A stretch of 64,000 bases of DNA from positions 175,701 to 239,700 of the forward strand of contig OZ246397.1 of the NCBI GenBank assembly GCA_965230945.1. The letters run 5' to 3'. Positions 29,954-41,423 of the stretch are shown here, piece by piece. The notes under the pieces are model-generated. The model did no database searches and was not told the origin of the DNA. It worked only from the letters and a program-made list of their open reading frames with translations. The translations under genes and the position numbers were made by a program. Source of the stretch: an uncultured Gammaproteobacteria bacterium (lineage in GTDB: Bacteria > Patescibacteriota > Microgenomatia > PFEM01 > JAPLYW01). Position 1 is the first letter of the stretch; the number at the start of each line of letters is the position of its first letter.

Positions 29954-30366
29954 TATTCCTCCTCCTTTACCTCTACTTCCAAAACATTCTCACAAAACTC
30001 CCTAAAAATCTGCTTTTTAATACTTTCCGCCTGCTCTTGAGGCAACTCTTTAATAATCTTAATTATCTCTTGTGTCTGGATTTCTATTTTTTCCACCTCT
30101 GTTTCTCCTTCAGTCTCTTTGATAGTTTCTACTTTTATAAACCTCTCTTTTAACCCCTCACTGCCAGGAATAATATCCACTGTCCTACCTAGAACATCCT
30201 GGCTAAACTCACCTACTTTTTCCCCTATCTGTTTAGTTGGTGAAGAAAAGGACTCTCCCTCAGCCTCTCTCTTGGCTTGCCAATCAGCGAAAACCTTAGC
30301 TCCAAAGGCAAGAAAAACCAAAATAGCTAAAATGACTAATATTCTTTTTAATCTTGTTTCTCCCAT
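29953..30366 (-). CDS. Hypothetical membrane-anchored protein
   Basis: N-terminal TM, Glu/Lys-rich; coupled to prfB. Confidence 0.7.
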   Translation of the reverse strand: MGETRLKRILVILAILVFLAFGAKVFADWQAKREAEGESFSSPTKQIGEKVGEFSQDVLGRTVDIIPGSEGLKERFIKVETIKETEGETEVEKIEIQTQEIIKIIKELPQEQAESIKKQIFREFCENVLEVEVKEEE

Positions 30367-30468
30367 ATTTACTTTCTCTAACCACTATTATATAATTTTC
30401 CCATCATGGTGGAAAGAAGGACAGGCAATCACCAAAAAGCTTTTTTCTTCTAAGAAAAATAATACTCT

Positions 30469-30603
30469 TTATAAGTCAGAAGAATTTAATCGTTCTTGAA
30501 CTTTCTCACTCGTCAATTCTCTTAAAGCGTCGTTAGCAATCCACCTTGCCGTTTTATCATCTTTATAAATTTTTAAAATCTCTTTAGATTCTCTGTCAGT
30601 CAT
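30469..30603 (-). pseudogene. C-terminal remnant of an AlkD-like DNA alkylation repair protein
   Basis: Manual translation MTDRESKEILKIYKDDKTARWIANDALRELTSEKVQERLNSSDL*; ARWIAxDALREL recalls the C-terminus of DNA alkylation repair proteins (from memory, not searched). Confidence 0.55.
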
Positions 30604-30644
30604 TCTATTTAATAACCGTTGTTTAAATAATTAAATCATTTATT

Positions 30645-33314
30645 CTATCCATATTTCGGATAACAACATTTTTTGTATTTCTTCCCACTTCCACATGGGC
30701 AAGGGTCATTCCGGCCAGGCTTCTCTTTACCTTTTCTTACCTGTGTAGTAGCCTGACTTACCGGTTGTTGTCTTAATCCCATCTGATCTCTGATATCAAT
30801 ATTGGTTCGTATTTGTTGGGGCATTACTGGCGGCCTTTGTGCCACCTGAACCCTAAAGATTCTCCTAACGACTTCATGTTCAATCATCCCCATTAACTTT
30901 TCAAAAGAGCTATAAGCTTCCTTTTTGTATTCCACTAAAGGATCTTGTTGGCCATAACCTCTTAAGCCCACCGCCTGTCTTAAATTCTCCATGGTATCTA
31001 AATGACTTACCCATAATCTGTCAATGGCCTGAAGCCAAACAAACTTTTCCATTTCTCTGGATATTTGAGAACCAACCTGTTTTTCTCTTGTTTCATAAGC
31101 ATTAAGCAAAACTTTATCTAAAAAATCAGTTAATTTATGAACATCTTTAAATTCTTTAATTTTCTTTTTAAATTCTATTTGAGAGTGGCTATCCAAAGGC
31201 AGAATTTCAAAGAAGCTATTGGCTGCATTCTCTGTATTAATTTTATCTGTATTTTCTTCATCAAAAGCATGCATACTGACTAAACTACTGACCGCCTCTT
31301 TGATCTTTTCCTGGGTTTCTGTTTTTAAATTATCCTTACCACTGTCTGTAAATTTCAAAATATTTCCTCTCTTCTTGTAAATAATTTCTCTTTGTTTATT
31401 CATGACATTATCGTATTCCACTACCCTTTTTCGCATATCAAAGTTAAAGCCTTCAACTTTAACCTGCGATTGTCTGATGGCCTTGGTAACTAAGGCATGC
31501 TCAATCGGCTGATCTTCGGGAATGCGCAACATTTCCATCAACTTAGAAACCTGCTCCCCACCAAAAAGCCTCATAATATCATCCTCTAAGGAAACAAAAA
31601 ACCTTGAAGAACCAGGATCACCCTGCCTTCCTGATCGGCCTCGTAGTTGATTATCAATTCTTCTTGATTCATGATGTTCGGTACCAATAACATGCAGTCC
31701 GCCCAGCTTAATAACCTCGTCATGCTCTTTTTGCCACTCTTTTAATTTTCTTCCCTCTTTAGAACCACCCAAGATAATATCAACTCCACGACCAGCCATG
31801 TTGGTAGCCGCAGTAATTGCTTTTCTTCTTCCTGCTTCGGCAATAATTTTAGCTTCTCCTTCGTGATACTTAGCGTTTAAGATATTGTGAGGAACGCCCT
31901 TTCTCTTTAGAAACTTGGCAATAATCTCGTTTTTTTCAATGGAGGTAGTACCAATTAAAACCGGCTGTCCTTTTTGATAATGCTCTTCTATCTCTCTGAC
32001 AATGGCCGCATATTTTGCCCGAGGTGTTTTATAAACCACATCGGCATGATTAACTCTTATCATCGGTAAGTTGGTCGGAACCACTACCGTATCTAAACCA
32101 TAAATTTTACGAAATTCTTCTGCTTCGGTAGCGGCCGTCCCCGTCATACCGGCTAGTTTTTTATACATTCTAAAGTAATTCTGAAAAGAAATGGTCGCCA
32201 GGGTAATTGACTCTTGTTGGATGGTGACTGCTTCTTTAGCCTCAATCGCCTGATGAAGACCATCAGACCACCTTCGTCCCGGCATTAATCTACCGGTAAA
32301 CTCATCAACAATGACCACCTGATTTTCTTTAACCACATAATCTTTATCTTTTAAATACAAAGTTCTTGCCTTAAGGGCATTTTCAATATGATGAAGGGTA
32401 TCAAAGTCTTTCTCGTAGAGATTATCAACCCCCAACCATTTTTCTACCTTTTTTATCCCGTGTTCGGTCAGGTTAGCTGTTTTTAATTTTTCATCAATGG
32501 TGTAATCAGTATCTGCTGAGAGATCTTTAATTAAATTGGCAAAGTCATAATATTTTTCTGTTGGTTCTGTATCTGGAGCAGAAATAATCAAAGGAGTCCT
32601 GGCTTCATCAACCAAAATTGAATCAACCTCATCAACAATGGCAAAGCTATGAGCTTTTTGTACCTGATCCTCTAACCTTCGGGCCATGTTATCTCGTAGA
32701 TAGTCAAAACCAAATTCATTATTCGTTCCGAAGGTCACATCAGCCTCATAGGCCTCTTTCCTCTCCACTGGCCGTAAATGACGTAGTCTTTCATCATCCT
32801 GTCCCTTTTCTTCATATTCCCTATCAAGCAAAAATGACTTTTCATGAATAATACAACCCAAGGATAAACCAGCAAAATCTAAAGCCTCCCCATACCAACC
32901 TGTATCTCGGCGAGCCAAATAATCATTAACAGTAACAATATGAACTCCTTTACCTGAAAGACCATTCAGATAGGCGGCAATAGCCGCGGCCAGTGTTTTA
33001 CCTTCTCCTGTCTTTTGCTCAGCTACCTTTCCCTGATGAAGAACAACAGCCGCCACCAGCTGAACATCATAAGCCCTCTCACCAACAACCCTAAAGATAG
33101 CCTCTCTTGCTAAGGCAAAAGCCTCGGGAAGTAAATCATCTAAAGCTTCTCCTTTAGACAGTCTTTGTTTAAAAGATTCTGTTTTCTTAGGAAAATCTTT
33201 ATCTTTCAATTTCTTCATCTTTGGCTCTAAAGAATTTATCTTTTCTACCAAAGGACGGAGTTTATTTAATTCCTTCTCATTAAAATCCAGTAAACGATTA
33301 AACAATTTAAGCAT
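30645..33314 (-). CDS. secA: Protein translocase ATPase SecA
   Basis: TGEGKT, DEVDSIL, ATNMAGRGVDI, QLRGRSGRQGDPG, C-terminal SEC-C (GRNDPCPCGSGKKYKKC). Confidence 0.99.
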   Translation of the reverse strand: MLKLFNRLLDFNEKELNKLRPLVEKINSLEPKMKKLKDKDFPKKTESFKQRLSKGEALDDLLPEAFALAREAIFRVVGERAYDVQLVAAVVLHQGKVAEQKTGEGKTLAAAIAAYLNGLSGKGVHIVTVNDYLARRDTGWYGEALDFAGLSLGCIIHEKSFLLDREYEEKGQDDERLRHLRPVERKEAYEADVTFGTNNEFGFDYLRDNMARRLEDQVQKAHSFAIVDEVDSILVDEARTPLIISAPDTEPTEKYYDFANLIKDLSADTDYTIDEKLKTANLTEHGIKKVEKWLGVDNLYEKDFDTLHHIENALKARTLYLKDKDYVVKENQVVIVDEFTGRLMPGRRWSDGLHQAIEAKEAVTIQQESITLATISFQNYFRMYKKLAGMTGTAATEAEEFRKIYGLDTVVVPTNLPMIRVNHADVVYKTPRAKYAAIVREIEEHYQKGQPVLIGTTSIEKNEIIAKFLKRKGVPHNILNAKYHEGEAKIIAEAGRRKAITAATNMAGRGVDIILGGSKEGRKLKEWQKEHDEVIKLGGLHVIGTEHHESRRIDNQLRGRSGRQGDPGSSRFFVSLEDDIMRLFGGEQVSKLMEMLRIPEDQPIEHALVTKAIRQSQVKVEGFNFDMRKRVVEYDNVMNKQREIIYKKRGNILKFTDSGKDNLKTETQEKIKEAVSSLVSMHAFDEENTDKINTENAANSFFEILPLDSHSQIEFKKKIKEFKDVHKLTDFLDKVLLNAYETREKQVGSQISREMEKFVWLQAIDRLWVSHLDTMENLRQAVGLRGYGQQDPLVEYKKEAYSSFEKLMGMIEHEVVRRIFRVQVAQRPPVMPQQIRTNIDIRDQMGLRQQPVSQATTQVRKGKEKPGRNDPCPCGSGKKYKKCCYPKYG

Positions 33315-33354
33315 AAGTTAATTTTAACATACTCTTTTTGTTTTTTAGGGAAAT

Positions 33355-34590
33355 TTACTTTTTAGGAGTAATCTTTTTAAAACCGGTGTACTTTTGCAGA
33401 ACCTTAGGCACCAAAACAGAACCATCTTTTTGTTGATAATTTTCTAAAATAGCTAAAATAGGCCTTTCTGAAAAAGCCGTTCCATTTAAAGTATGAACAA
33501 AATCTAGTTCCCCTGATTTTTTCCTATACTTAATGTTCAACCTTCTTGATTGATAGCCAGTACAAGCGCTGGTAGAATGAGTTTCTCTATATTTTTCCTC
33601 TGATGGGAACCAAGCTTCAATATCATATTTTCTTGCTGCCGGATCACCTAGATCACCGCTACACATTTTAACAACCCTATAAGGAATTTCTAATTTCTGC
33701 ATTAATTTCTCTTCTAAAGACAGAAAATATTCATGCTCTTTATCAGAATCTTTTGGATTTACAAAAGAAAACATCTCCACTTTATTAAATTGATGAACAC
33801 GTAAAATTCCTTTGGTATCTTTACCGTAGCTTCCTGCTTCTCTTCTAAAACATGGAGAAAAACCGACATATCTTTTAGGCAAATCTTTTTCATTAAAAAC
33901 TTCACCTTTATGCATCGGACCAATAGATTGTTCTGCAGTTCCTACTAAAACCAATTTATCCTTTTCCAAAACATACATCTCGCCAATACCTTCATTTTCC
34001 AGATAACCCATGGCTCTCATCGAATCTAAAGAAATCATGGCGGGAGGCAATATGGGAATAAAACCCTCTTTTAGCAAAAGTTCAAAGGCATAGTTTATTA
34101 AGGCTAGCTCCAATAAAACTGCTTCGTTTTTAATGTAGCCAAATCTGGCCCCAGAAACTTTAGCGGCTCTTTTTGTATCAATAATATCTAAATCCTCTCC
34201 TAGCTTGAAATAAGATTTTATCTTAAAAGAAAATTTAGGTATCTTTCCCCATTTTTTAATCTCTTTATTTTCTGATTCATCTTTACCCACATGTACATCA
34301 TCGGCAGGAAGATTAGGAATTTGATATAAAAGATCTTTAAATTGTTGCTTGATTGCTTTTAAGTCAGGCTCAAGTCGACGAAGCATCTCTTTGATCTTTT
34401 TACCCTTTTTAATATCTTTTTTGGCAAGCTTGTTTCTTTCCGCTCGCCATTTTTCAATCTCTGCAATTAATTGTCTTCTCGTCTCATCAACTTTTAAAAG
34501 GCGATCAACAATCTCAGGCTTATAGCCCTTATCTTTAACTCCTTTTTTAACTTTATCTTTGTTCTGATAAATAAAATTAATATCTAGCAT
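33355..34590 (-). CDS. serS: Seryl-tRNA synthetase
   Basis: GTAEQ, FRREAGSYG, HTLNGTAF, ILENYQ. Confidence 0.97.
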   Translation of the reverse strand: MLDINFIYQNKDKVKKGVKDKGYKPEIVDRLLKVDETRRQLIAEIEKWRAERNKLAKKDIKKGKKIKEMLRRLEPDLKAIKQQFKDLLYQIPNLPADDVHVGKDESENKEIKKWGKIPKFSFKIKSYFKLGEDLDIIDTKRAAKVSGARFGYIKNEAVLLELALINYAFELLLKEGFIPILPPAMISLDSMRAMGYLENEGIGEMYVLEKDKLVLVGTAEQSIGPMHKGEVFNEKDLPKRYVGFSPCFRREAGSYGKDTKGILRVHQFNKVEMFSFVNPKDSDKEHEYFLSLEEKLMQKLEIPYRVVKMCSGDLGDPAARKYDIEAWFPSEEKYRETHSTSACTGYQSRRLNIKYRKKSGELDFVHTLNGTAFSERPILAILENYQQKDGSVLVPKVLQKYTGFKKITPKK

Positions 34591-34597
34591 ACTATTA

Positions 34598-35176
34598 TTA
34601 CAACTCTAGTTTATCACTAATTTTTTGCATAGCCTTTAAAGCAATCTCAACAAAATCTTTTAAAAGAATATCTAATTTTTCCCCACATAAGGCAATATCC
34701 TCTCTTCTTGTTCCTTTAGCAAAAGATTTATCTTTAAATTTCTTTAAGACTGATTCTATATTTAAAGAAGACAATTTTCTATCTGGATGAACTAAAGTGC
34801 AAGCGACAATCAAACCGGTCAAGCTATCACCACAAAAAATAGCCCAATCTATTTTAGATCCAGGCTTTACTCCTGTTCGAAGATTATGAGAAGCCATCGC
34901 CTGAGCTACATCTTTAGGAACATCAATTCCCTCTTCTTTTAACCATCTAGTTACTTCAATCCCTTGGTTTTCCTCAGGAACTTGTTCGCAATAATCCCCA
35001 TCATGCAAAAGACCAGCCATAGCCCACTCTTCTTTAATACCTAAATCAGTATCACCTCTATCTTTTAAAAATTCATAAAGGTCAGACATTAAGGCTTCTG
35101 TGGCCAACATATGCTTGATAATGTTTTTGTTTTTTACTTTTTTATTTAAAAAGTCTAATGCTTCTCCTCTATTCAT
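34598..35176 (-). CDS. HD-domain phosphohydrolase (HDIG-type)
   Basis: KHMLATE, GLLHDGD, DSLTGLI, FKDKSFAKG. Confidence 0.85.
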   Translation of the reverse strand: MNRGEALDFLNKKVKNKNIIKHMLATEALMSDLYEFLKDRGDTDLGIKEEWAMAGLLHDGDYCEQVPEENQGIEVTRWLKEEGIDVPKDVAQAMASHNLRTGVKPGSKIDWAIFCGDSLTGLIVACTLVHPDRKLSSLNIESVLKKFKDKSFAKGTRREDIALCGEKLDILLKDFVEIALKAMQKISDKLEL

Positions 35177-35180
35177 TTTT

Positions 35181-36746
35181 TTATTTTAACACTTCTTTTA
35201 ATCTTTTAATAACAAAATCTTTATCTTGAGCTAACAGCAACCAGGCTGCTTTTGGCCCAAAAGTTTTATCAATAAAAACACTATAAATCGACTCAAAAGC
35301 TTCTGAAGAAGAAATTTTTTGCTTTTTTGCCTCTTCATAAAGTTCAAATTGTAAATCTTTCGGTTGCCAATTTTTCGTTTTAACTAATTGGAGCACTCTT
35401 TCTAAATATTTTTTTTGCTCTAAGTTTAGTTTTTTGGCTGCCTTTGGAACTTTCTTACTTATTTGATAGATTACTTCTTTAGGAGCATAACTTTCAAGCC
35501 AAGCTTTGGCATATTTTATCCTCTCTTTAAGAATTTTTTCCTCTTTAAGATTTAATTTACTCCCTTTTTCTTGTTCAAATTGAACTTTGACATTAATATT
35601 CGGCATTTGAATAAAGGTTGCTACTGAACGGAAGCGAGGTAAAAAGATTTGTTTTTTAAAATCTTTATTAACCTGCGATAATTCGAAAATACGACCCAAG
35701 TCATTTTCCCCACCATGCTGCCAAAATTCTTTGGCACAACGATCATGCTCATCAAAAAGATCAGCGATGGTATAACCTCTTGGATCAAAATTAATGGCTT
35801 TTTTGTAATGAGTTCTGGCCATTAAGAATCGCAAAAGTTCTGGGGGAATAACCTTAGCTACCCCAGAAGCAGAAGAACCCAAACCCTTAGAGGAACTCAT
35901 TTTCTTACCGCCAATCAAAAAGAATTCATAACCAAAGCCTAGCGGAGGTTTAATTTTAAAGATTTGTTGAGAGAAAGCAACGGCCATATCCCTGGATCCC
36001 CCAGCAGAGAAATGATCTTTTCCAGCTGTTTCAACTGTCACACCGATGGCCTTCCAATGAGCCGGCCAATCAACTTTCCATAAAAGTTTTCCGTTACCAC
36101 CAAATGGAGAAATCCTTCCTTTATACCCACAACCCTTTGCCCAAGAGACAAGATTGGGCAAACATTCAAAAGCAACTGTCTTTTTATCCCAGTCAAAGGC
36201 TTCAGTCGTCCCTACTTTACCACACTTAGGACAAACAACCTGAAAAGGAAGCCAACCTTTTCTCTTTTTGGGATAGCCAGCTATTTCTTGATAAATCTTT
36301 AAGACTTTAGGAGATTGATCAAGGGCTTCTTTTATAACAGAGTCCATCTTGCCACTTTTATACAATTCAGAAGACCAGATAATTAGGGGCTCTGCCCCTA
36401 AAGAATTAAAGACTTCGATAAATTCTTGAGCAAAATAGCGAGCAAAATTAGAAGAACCCTTAACTGGAGAAGGAATCATAAAAAGAGGTTTGCCAATATG
36501 AGGAAAGAACTTTTTTTCGGGTAAATAAACAGGCAAAGCATCCATGGGGTCGAAGTCATTAATGACATAAGAATAGGTTGTCTTTACCCCAATATCTTTA
36601 AGAGCCTGATAAATTAAATCATGAATAATGACCCCCCGTAAGGCGCCAACATGAATATGCCCCGAGGGTGTCTTCATATCATCCACCCATTCAAGAGGAA
36701 GTTTTCTCTCTTTTATTTTTTTAGCAACACTATCTGCCCAATACAT
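35181..36746 (-). CDS. lysS: Class I lysyl-tRNA synthetase (LysRS1)
   Basis: TPSGHIHVG (HIGH-like), CPKCG, KLLWKVDWP, GKDH, KMSSSKG (KMSKS-like). Confidence 0.95.
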   Translation of the reverse strand: MYWADSVAKKIKERKLPLEWVDDMKTPSGHIHVGALRGVIIHDLIYQALKDIGVKTTYSYVINDFDPMDALPVYLPEKKFFPHIGKPLFMIPSPVKGSSNFARYFAQEFIEVFNSLGAEPLIIWSSELYKSGKMDSVIKEALDQSPKVLKIYQEIAGYPKKRKGWLPFQVVCPKCGKVGTTEAFDWDKKTVAFECLPNLVSWAKGCGYKGRISPFGGNGKLLWKVDWPAHWKAIGVTVETAGKDHFSAGGSRDMAVAFSQQIFKIKPPLGFGYEFFLIGGKKMSSSKGLGSSASGVAKVIPPELLRFLMARTHYKKAINFDPRGYTIADLFDEHDRCAKEFWQHGGENDLGRIFELSQVNKDFKKQIFLPRFRSVATFIQMPNINVKVQFEQEKGSKLNLKEEKILKERIKYAKAWLESYAPKEVIYQISKKVPKAAKKLNLEQKKYLERVLQLVKTKNWQPKDLQFELYEEAKKQKISSSEAFESIYSVFIDKTFGPKAAWLLLAQDKDFVIKRLKEVLK

Positions 36747-36797
36747 ACAAATCCCTAGTAAAGTATAACATAAATACAGCTAAATCCTTGAGAAGAA

Positions 36798-37268
36798 CTA
36801 ATCAATTTTAGCGATAGTATAGATAATTTTTCCTGCAGGAGCTTCTACCTCTACCCTATCACCAAGGGCCTTACCTAAAAGAGACTGACCTAAAGGAGAT
36901 TGGTGAGAAATCTTAGCATTGGCTGGATCAGCCTCCCATTCACCCACTAAATGAAAGATTCGTCTTTTACCATCAACCCCAACAGTTACCTTGCAACCCA
37001 ATTTAATTTCTTTACAATTAACATGACCTTCATTAATAATAAAAGCCCTACTAACAACATCCTGTAACTCAGCAATTCGACCATCAATATAAGAAAGCTC
37101 TTGTTTGGCTTGAGTATATTCATTCTCTTCTACCAAATCACCAACCTTACGAGAAGCAACTAATCTTTCTACTGCCTTAGGCCGTTTTACTTCTATTAAT
37201 TCTTTCAGTTCTTTCTTTAGTTCCGCCAATCCTGTTTTAGTCAGAGGAACTTTATTTTCTTCTGCCAT
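36798..37268 (-). CDS. greA: Transcription elongation factor GreA
   Basis: LT..G...LKKEL, GDLVEENEY, ISHQSPLGQSLLGK, APAG. Confidence 0.93.
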   Translation of the reverse strand: MAEENKVPLTKTGLAELKKELKELIEVKRPKAVERLVASRKVGDLVEENEYTQAKQELSYIDGRIAELQDVVSRAFIINEGHVNCKEIKLGCKVTVGVDGKRRIFHLVGEWEADPANAKISHQSPLGQSLLGKALGDRVEVEAPAGKIIYTIAKID

Positions 37269-37361
37269 AAATCAGTCCTAGAAAGAAAATGTTACCCCTT
37301 TAAAAAACAGCTGTCAAGTCATAGAAAAAGGAAGACAAAAAAGGTATAATTAGAATATTAA

Positions 37362-37434
37362 GGCCCCATCGTCTAGAGGCTTAGGACACTAGGTTCTCAT
37401 CCTAGAAACTCCGGTTCAAATCCGGATGGGGTCA
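37362..37434 (+). tRNA. tRNA-Glu (anticodon CTC)
   Basis: Acceptor GGCCCCA/TGGGGTC, anticodon arm CTAGG-TTCTCAT-CCTAG, T-loop TTCAAAT; TATAAT upstream; CCA not encoded. Confidence 0.93.
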
Positions 37435-37448
37435 CAGATCCAAAAAAA

Positions 37449-38075
37449 TCAAACCTCTTTTTCGAGAAGTATCTCAAATTCTTTATAAAACTTAAAAGTT
37501 GTCTCTTTAATTTTTGAATTACTATTCAACTTATTTATCAAAAAACGTAATTCTTCTAAAGAATCCTTAAATCCTTTCAGCTTAGAGAGAAACTCAATTG
37601 TATTCTCCACTTTAGGCTCTTTATTGAAATAGATCCTTAATAAACCGTGCCATTTTTCAATTCCAGCACGACTAACTCTAAAAGAAAACTCTTCTTTAGA
37701 GAAATCACTAAAGTAATCTCTAATCTCATCCCAGTTTTTTACTTTTGAATACAACAGTTTATCCTCAATTAATTTAACTGCCTCAACTATATATCTAGAG
37801 GCTGGAAGAAAAGAATAAATGTTTTGCTTATAAATAAATCTTTCCCTAATCTTATCGACTAAAGAGTGTAATTTAAAGCCTGCAAAAAATGAATTTTCTT
37901 TCTTAACTTCAGAAAGAGTAACACCTCCAAAATGAGTCTCACTTCTTCTAATTTCTCCTAAATATCTTATATCGGGAAAGAGTGTTCCTCTGTAAAAATC
38001 TGCCTTATCTTTATCTGAAAAATATTTATTAAAAACTTTATCAGCTAGGACTATGTGAGTAATTGGTCTGGCCAT
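37449..38075 (-). CDS. Hypothetical, zinc-dependent phospholipase C-like metal hydrolase
   Basis: N-terminal THIVLA, GTLFPDIRY and GFKLHSLVD resemble the Zn-PLC/HD metal-ligand pattern. Confidence 0.55.
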   Translation of the reverse strand: MARPITHIVLADKVFNKYFSDKDKADFYRGTLFPDIRYLGEIRRSETHFGGVTLSEVKKENSFFAGFKLHSLVDKIRERFIYKQNIYSFLPASRYIVEAVKLIEDKLLYSKVKNWDEIRDYFSDFSKEEFSFRVSRAGIEKWHGLLRIYFNKEPKVENTIEFLSKLKGFKDSLEELRFLINKLNSNSKIKETTFKFYKEFEILLEKEV

Positions 38076-38110
38076 ATTTATATTTTATCAAGAAAATTAT
38101 AAATAAAATT

Positions 38111-38443
38111 TTAGAAGATAGCCAAGGAAATTACCAGAAGAAGAACGAAAAGTACAAGCCAACCAGTAGTATAACCAACAATCCTCAAGGCGTTTATTGT
38201 TTCTTTTTTCTGCCAGAATAAATAAATTGGATAACCTAAGGCAATTAAAGCACAGACTAAAGCCGAAGTGGTAAGTAAGACTAATAACAGAGTTGGTCCC
38301 CAAAAGGAAGTCATTTTCCCAAACCAATGTTCACCTTGCCAAAATAATAAAGCTACAATTCCACAATAAACAGCTAAACCTACAGCCTGAAGAAAAGAGA
38401 TAAGACACAAAGATTTTTTCTTTTTAGAGCGAAATAACATCAT
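38111..38443 (-). CDS. Small membrane protein
   Basis: Three TMs; extended -10 box 6 nt before ATG. Confidence 0.7.
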   Translation of the reverse strand: MMLFRSKKKKSLCLISFLQAVGLAVYCGIVALLFWQGEHWFGKMTSFWGPTLLLVLLTTSALVCALIALGYPIYLFWQKKETINALRIVGYTTGWLVLFVLLLVISLAIF

Positions 38444-38475
38444 AAGAAGATTATAACAGAAGGTAAAATTTTTTT

Positions 38476-38976
38476 CTAACGAAGCCTAGGTTTTATCATT
38501 GATTCTATTAATCTATCCCCTTTTTCAAAAATAAAATCACCCCTGATTTTTTGACCCATTAAGACAATCGGCAACCAATGCCTATCATCAGGCCACATAG
38601 AATCAAAAGGTATTTGATCCTTCTTAAACCATTTAGGTTTCATTTCTTTCGTTTCAATTGGTTCACCATTCCATTTTTCTGCAAGAAAAACATGAACCTG
38701 CTGGTTAGAATCTGGATTATAAGGATAGAGGAAATTTAAAATGGCTACCTTATAATAAGAAGTAGGAATAACTTTAATTTCTTCTTGAGTTTCCCGAACA
38801 AGAGCTTTTTCAATCTTTTCTCTCTGTTTTGGCTTACCGCCAACGCCATTCCATTTTCTTTTACCAAAACCACGCTTTTTCTTAGCCAACAAGATTTCAT
38901 TTTCCTTTATTAGAAAACATAAGGTAGCTTTTTTAAGAGGTTTACTTAAAGATTCTTTATACTCTTCAACTCTCAT
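38476..38976 (-). CDS. NUDIX hydrolase (8-oxo-dGTPase, MTH1/MutT-like)
   Basis: KKRGFG..KWNGVGGK...RETQEE Nudix box; MWPDD.HWLP. Confidence 0.88.
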   Translation of the reverse strand: MRVEEYKESLSKPLKKATLCFLIKENEILLAKKKRGFGKRKWNGVGGKPKQREKIEKALVRETQEEIKVIPTSYYKVAILNFLYPYNPDSNQQVHVFLAEKWNGEPIETKEMKPKWFKKDQIPFDSMWPDDRHWLPIVLMGQKIRGDFIFEKGDRLIESMIKPRLR

Positions 38977-38993
38977 TATAAAGAGAAAGCAGA

Positions 38994-41369
38994 TTATTTT
39001 TTTAAAGCAAGTTTAATAACCTCATCCATATGAGAAACAAAGACAAACTTAATGTCTTTTTTAATCTTAGAGGGAATTTCTTCTAGATCTTTCTTATTTT
39101 CTTTAGATAAAATGATTGTTTTTAACCCTGCTCTATGAGCGGCAATAATTTTTTCCTTAATACCACCAATCTCTAGTACTCTGCCCCGTAAAGTAATTTC
39201 TCCAGTCATACCTACCTCTCTTCTGGTTGGTTTTTTACTAAAGGCAGAAATTAAAGCCATGGCAATGGCAATACCAGCTGATGGTCCGTCTTTGGGAATG
39301 GCTCCTTCCGGAACATGAATATGGACATCCAAATCTTTGTAAAAGTCTTTTTTAAGTCCTAGTTTTTGCCAACGAGTTCTAACGTAAGAGAAAGCGGCTT
39401 TTGCTGATTCCTGCATCACCTTACCTAGTTTTCCGGTTAGAAGTAAATTACCCTTCCCTGGCATTAAAGCGGCTTCGATAAACATAATTTCACCACCAGC
39501 TTGGGTATAAGCTAAGCCGGTAGCCATCCCTATCTCATCTTTTTTCTCAGCCAAGGTTTCTGAATATTTCCTTGGACCTAAGTATTTATCAACATCAGCT
39601 TTAATAACTGTTCTTTTAATTCTTCTGCCTTCAGCTTTTTTTCTGGCCAACTTTCGACAAATGGTAGCCAAAGATCTTTCTAATTCTCTTACTCCTGCTT
39701 CTTTAGTATAACGATGAATAATTTCTAAAACGGCACCATTTGCAATTTCAATTGATTTACTTCTAAGTCCATGAGCCACTAATTGTTTATTCCATAAAAA
39801 CTTTTTGGCAATTTGGAATTTTTCATCTTCGGTATAGCCCGGGAAATGAATAGTCTCCATTCGATCCCGCAAAGCAGGCGGGATAGTATCAAGTAAATTT
39901 CCGGTGGTGATAAACATTACCTTAGATAAATCAAAAGGGACTTCTAAATAATGATCAGAAAACTCAGAGTTTTGCTCAGGATCTAAAGCCTCAAGCAAGG
40001 CAGCTGAAGGATCGCCTCTAAAGTCAGTTCCAATCTTATCAATTTCATCAAGCATAAAAATAGGATTGTTACTGCCAGCATTTTTAACACCCTGAATAAT
40101 TCTTCCCGGCATAGAGCCAACATAGGTTCGACGATGACCGCGAACTTCTGCCTCATCACGAATACCACCCAAACTTATTCTGACAAACTTTCTCTCTAAA
40201 GATCGAGCAATTGACTTGCCAATGGAAGTTTTACCTACTCCTGGAGGACCAATGAAACATAAAATGGTTGGCCCGCCTACTTCTTTAACTTCTTTACCAT
40301 TTCTCTTTAAAAAACTCTTTTGGGATTTTTCTTTTAACTTCATAACCGCTAAATACTCAATTATTCTTTCTTTAACTTTTTTGAGACCATGATGGTCTTC
40401 ATTTAAAATTTTAGCTGCTTTAGCAATTGAGGTTTTGTTAGGAGTACTTATGGACCAGGGCATTTCCAGTAAAACATCTAAATAGGTACGAATATAGCTA
40501 AATTCCGGGTGGGCCGGATTTAAAGCAGTCAACCTTTTAAGCTCCTTTTTAGCTTTCTGAGCTACCATCTTAGGCATTTTAGCTTTTTTAATTTTTTCTT
40601 CTAGTTGTTTAAATTCGTTGTCTTCTCCGCCTAATTCGCCCAATTCTTCTTCAATGGCTCTTTTTCTCTCTCGTAAGACAGTCTCTTTCATTGATTTATC
40701 AAAACGACTCTGAGTTTTAGTATCAATCTCTCGCTCTAACTTTAAAACCTTAATCTCTTCTGTTAAAAAGCGCAGAACTTGTTTTAAACGATCCTTAACA
40801 GAGAATGTTTCTAAAATCTTTTGTTTATCTCTAGTTGGTAAATTTAAAACATAAGCAACCTGATCAGCTAATTGATTTGGGGAAATACCCTCCATTAATT
40901 TACTAATAGTAAGAAAATCGAGGCTTTTACCCAAGCCGACCATCTTTTGGAAGTTTTCCATAACTCCTTTGGCTAAAAGTTTAATTTCAGGAGAGTCTTC
41001 AATAATTTCCGGCATTTCTGTTACCCTAGCAACTAAAAACGGCTTTTGGGATTCAATTGAATCAATTCTTATTCTTTGCAGGCCTTTGACCCAAGCATTC
41101 ATTCCCATTTTACCTGAATAAATTAGTCGTTCCACCCTAGCTAAAATACCTATTTGATAAAGATCGTTCTTTTGAGGACTGATGGTTCTAGCCTTTTTTT
41201 GAGTAACAAAAGCCACAACTTGATCAGTTTTGTAAGCAGCTTCAGTAGCAGCAATTGACCCAGGACGGCCAATACTTAAAACAGTCTCCACATGAGGAAA
41301 GACAACCCCTTCTCGAATGGGAACTAAAGGAACGATTTTTTCTTTGTTAGCTCCAAGAATTACAGGCAT
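38994..41369 (-). CDS. lon: Lon protease
   Basis: [31 protein letters not shown] catalytic Ser, GGIKEK Lys. Confidence 0.98.
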   Translation of the reverse strand: MPVILGANKEKIVPLVPIREGVVFPHVETVLSIGRPGSIAATEAAYKTDQVVAFVTQKKARTISPQKNDLYQIGILARVERLIYSGKMGMNAWVKGLQRIRIDSIESQKPFLVARVTEMPEIIEDSPEIKLLAKGVMENFQKMVGLGKSLDFLTISKLMEGISPNQLADQVAYVLNLPTRDKQKILETFSVKDRLKQVLRFLTEEIKVLKLEREIDTKTQSRFDKSMKETVLRERKRAIEEELGELGGEDNEFKQLEEKIKKAKMPKMVAQKAKKELKRLTALNPAHPEFSYIRTYLDVLLEMPWSISTPNKTSIAKAAKILNEDHHGLKKVKERIIEYLAVMKLKEKSQKSFLKRNGKEVKEVGGPTILCFIGPPGVGKTSIGKSIARSLERKFVRISLGGIRDEAEVRGHRRTYVGSMPGRIIQGVKNAGSNNPIFMLDEIDKIGTDFRGDPSAALLEALDPEQNSEFSDHYLEVPFDLSKVMFITTGNLLDTIPPALRDRMETIHFPGYTEDEKFQIAKKFLWNKQLVAHGLRSKSIEIANGAVLEIIHRYTKEAGVRELERSLATICRKLARKKAEGRRIKRTVIKADVDKYLGPRKYSETLAEKKDEIGMATGLAYTQAGGEIMFIEAALMPGKGNLLLTGKLGKVMQESAKAAFSYVRTRWQKLGLKKDFYKDLDVHIHVPEGAIPKDGPSAGIAIAMALISAFSKKPTRREVGMTGEITLRGRVLEIGGIKEKIIAAHRAGLKTIILSKENKKDLEEIPSKIKKDIKFVFVSHMDEVIKLALKK

Positions 41370-41423
41370 TTAAAATAAAAAAGAAACTAAGTTTTAGCAG
41401 TCTATCATATTATTTGCTAATTG

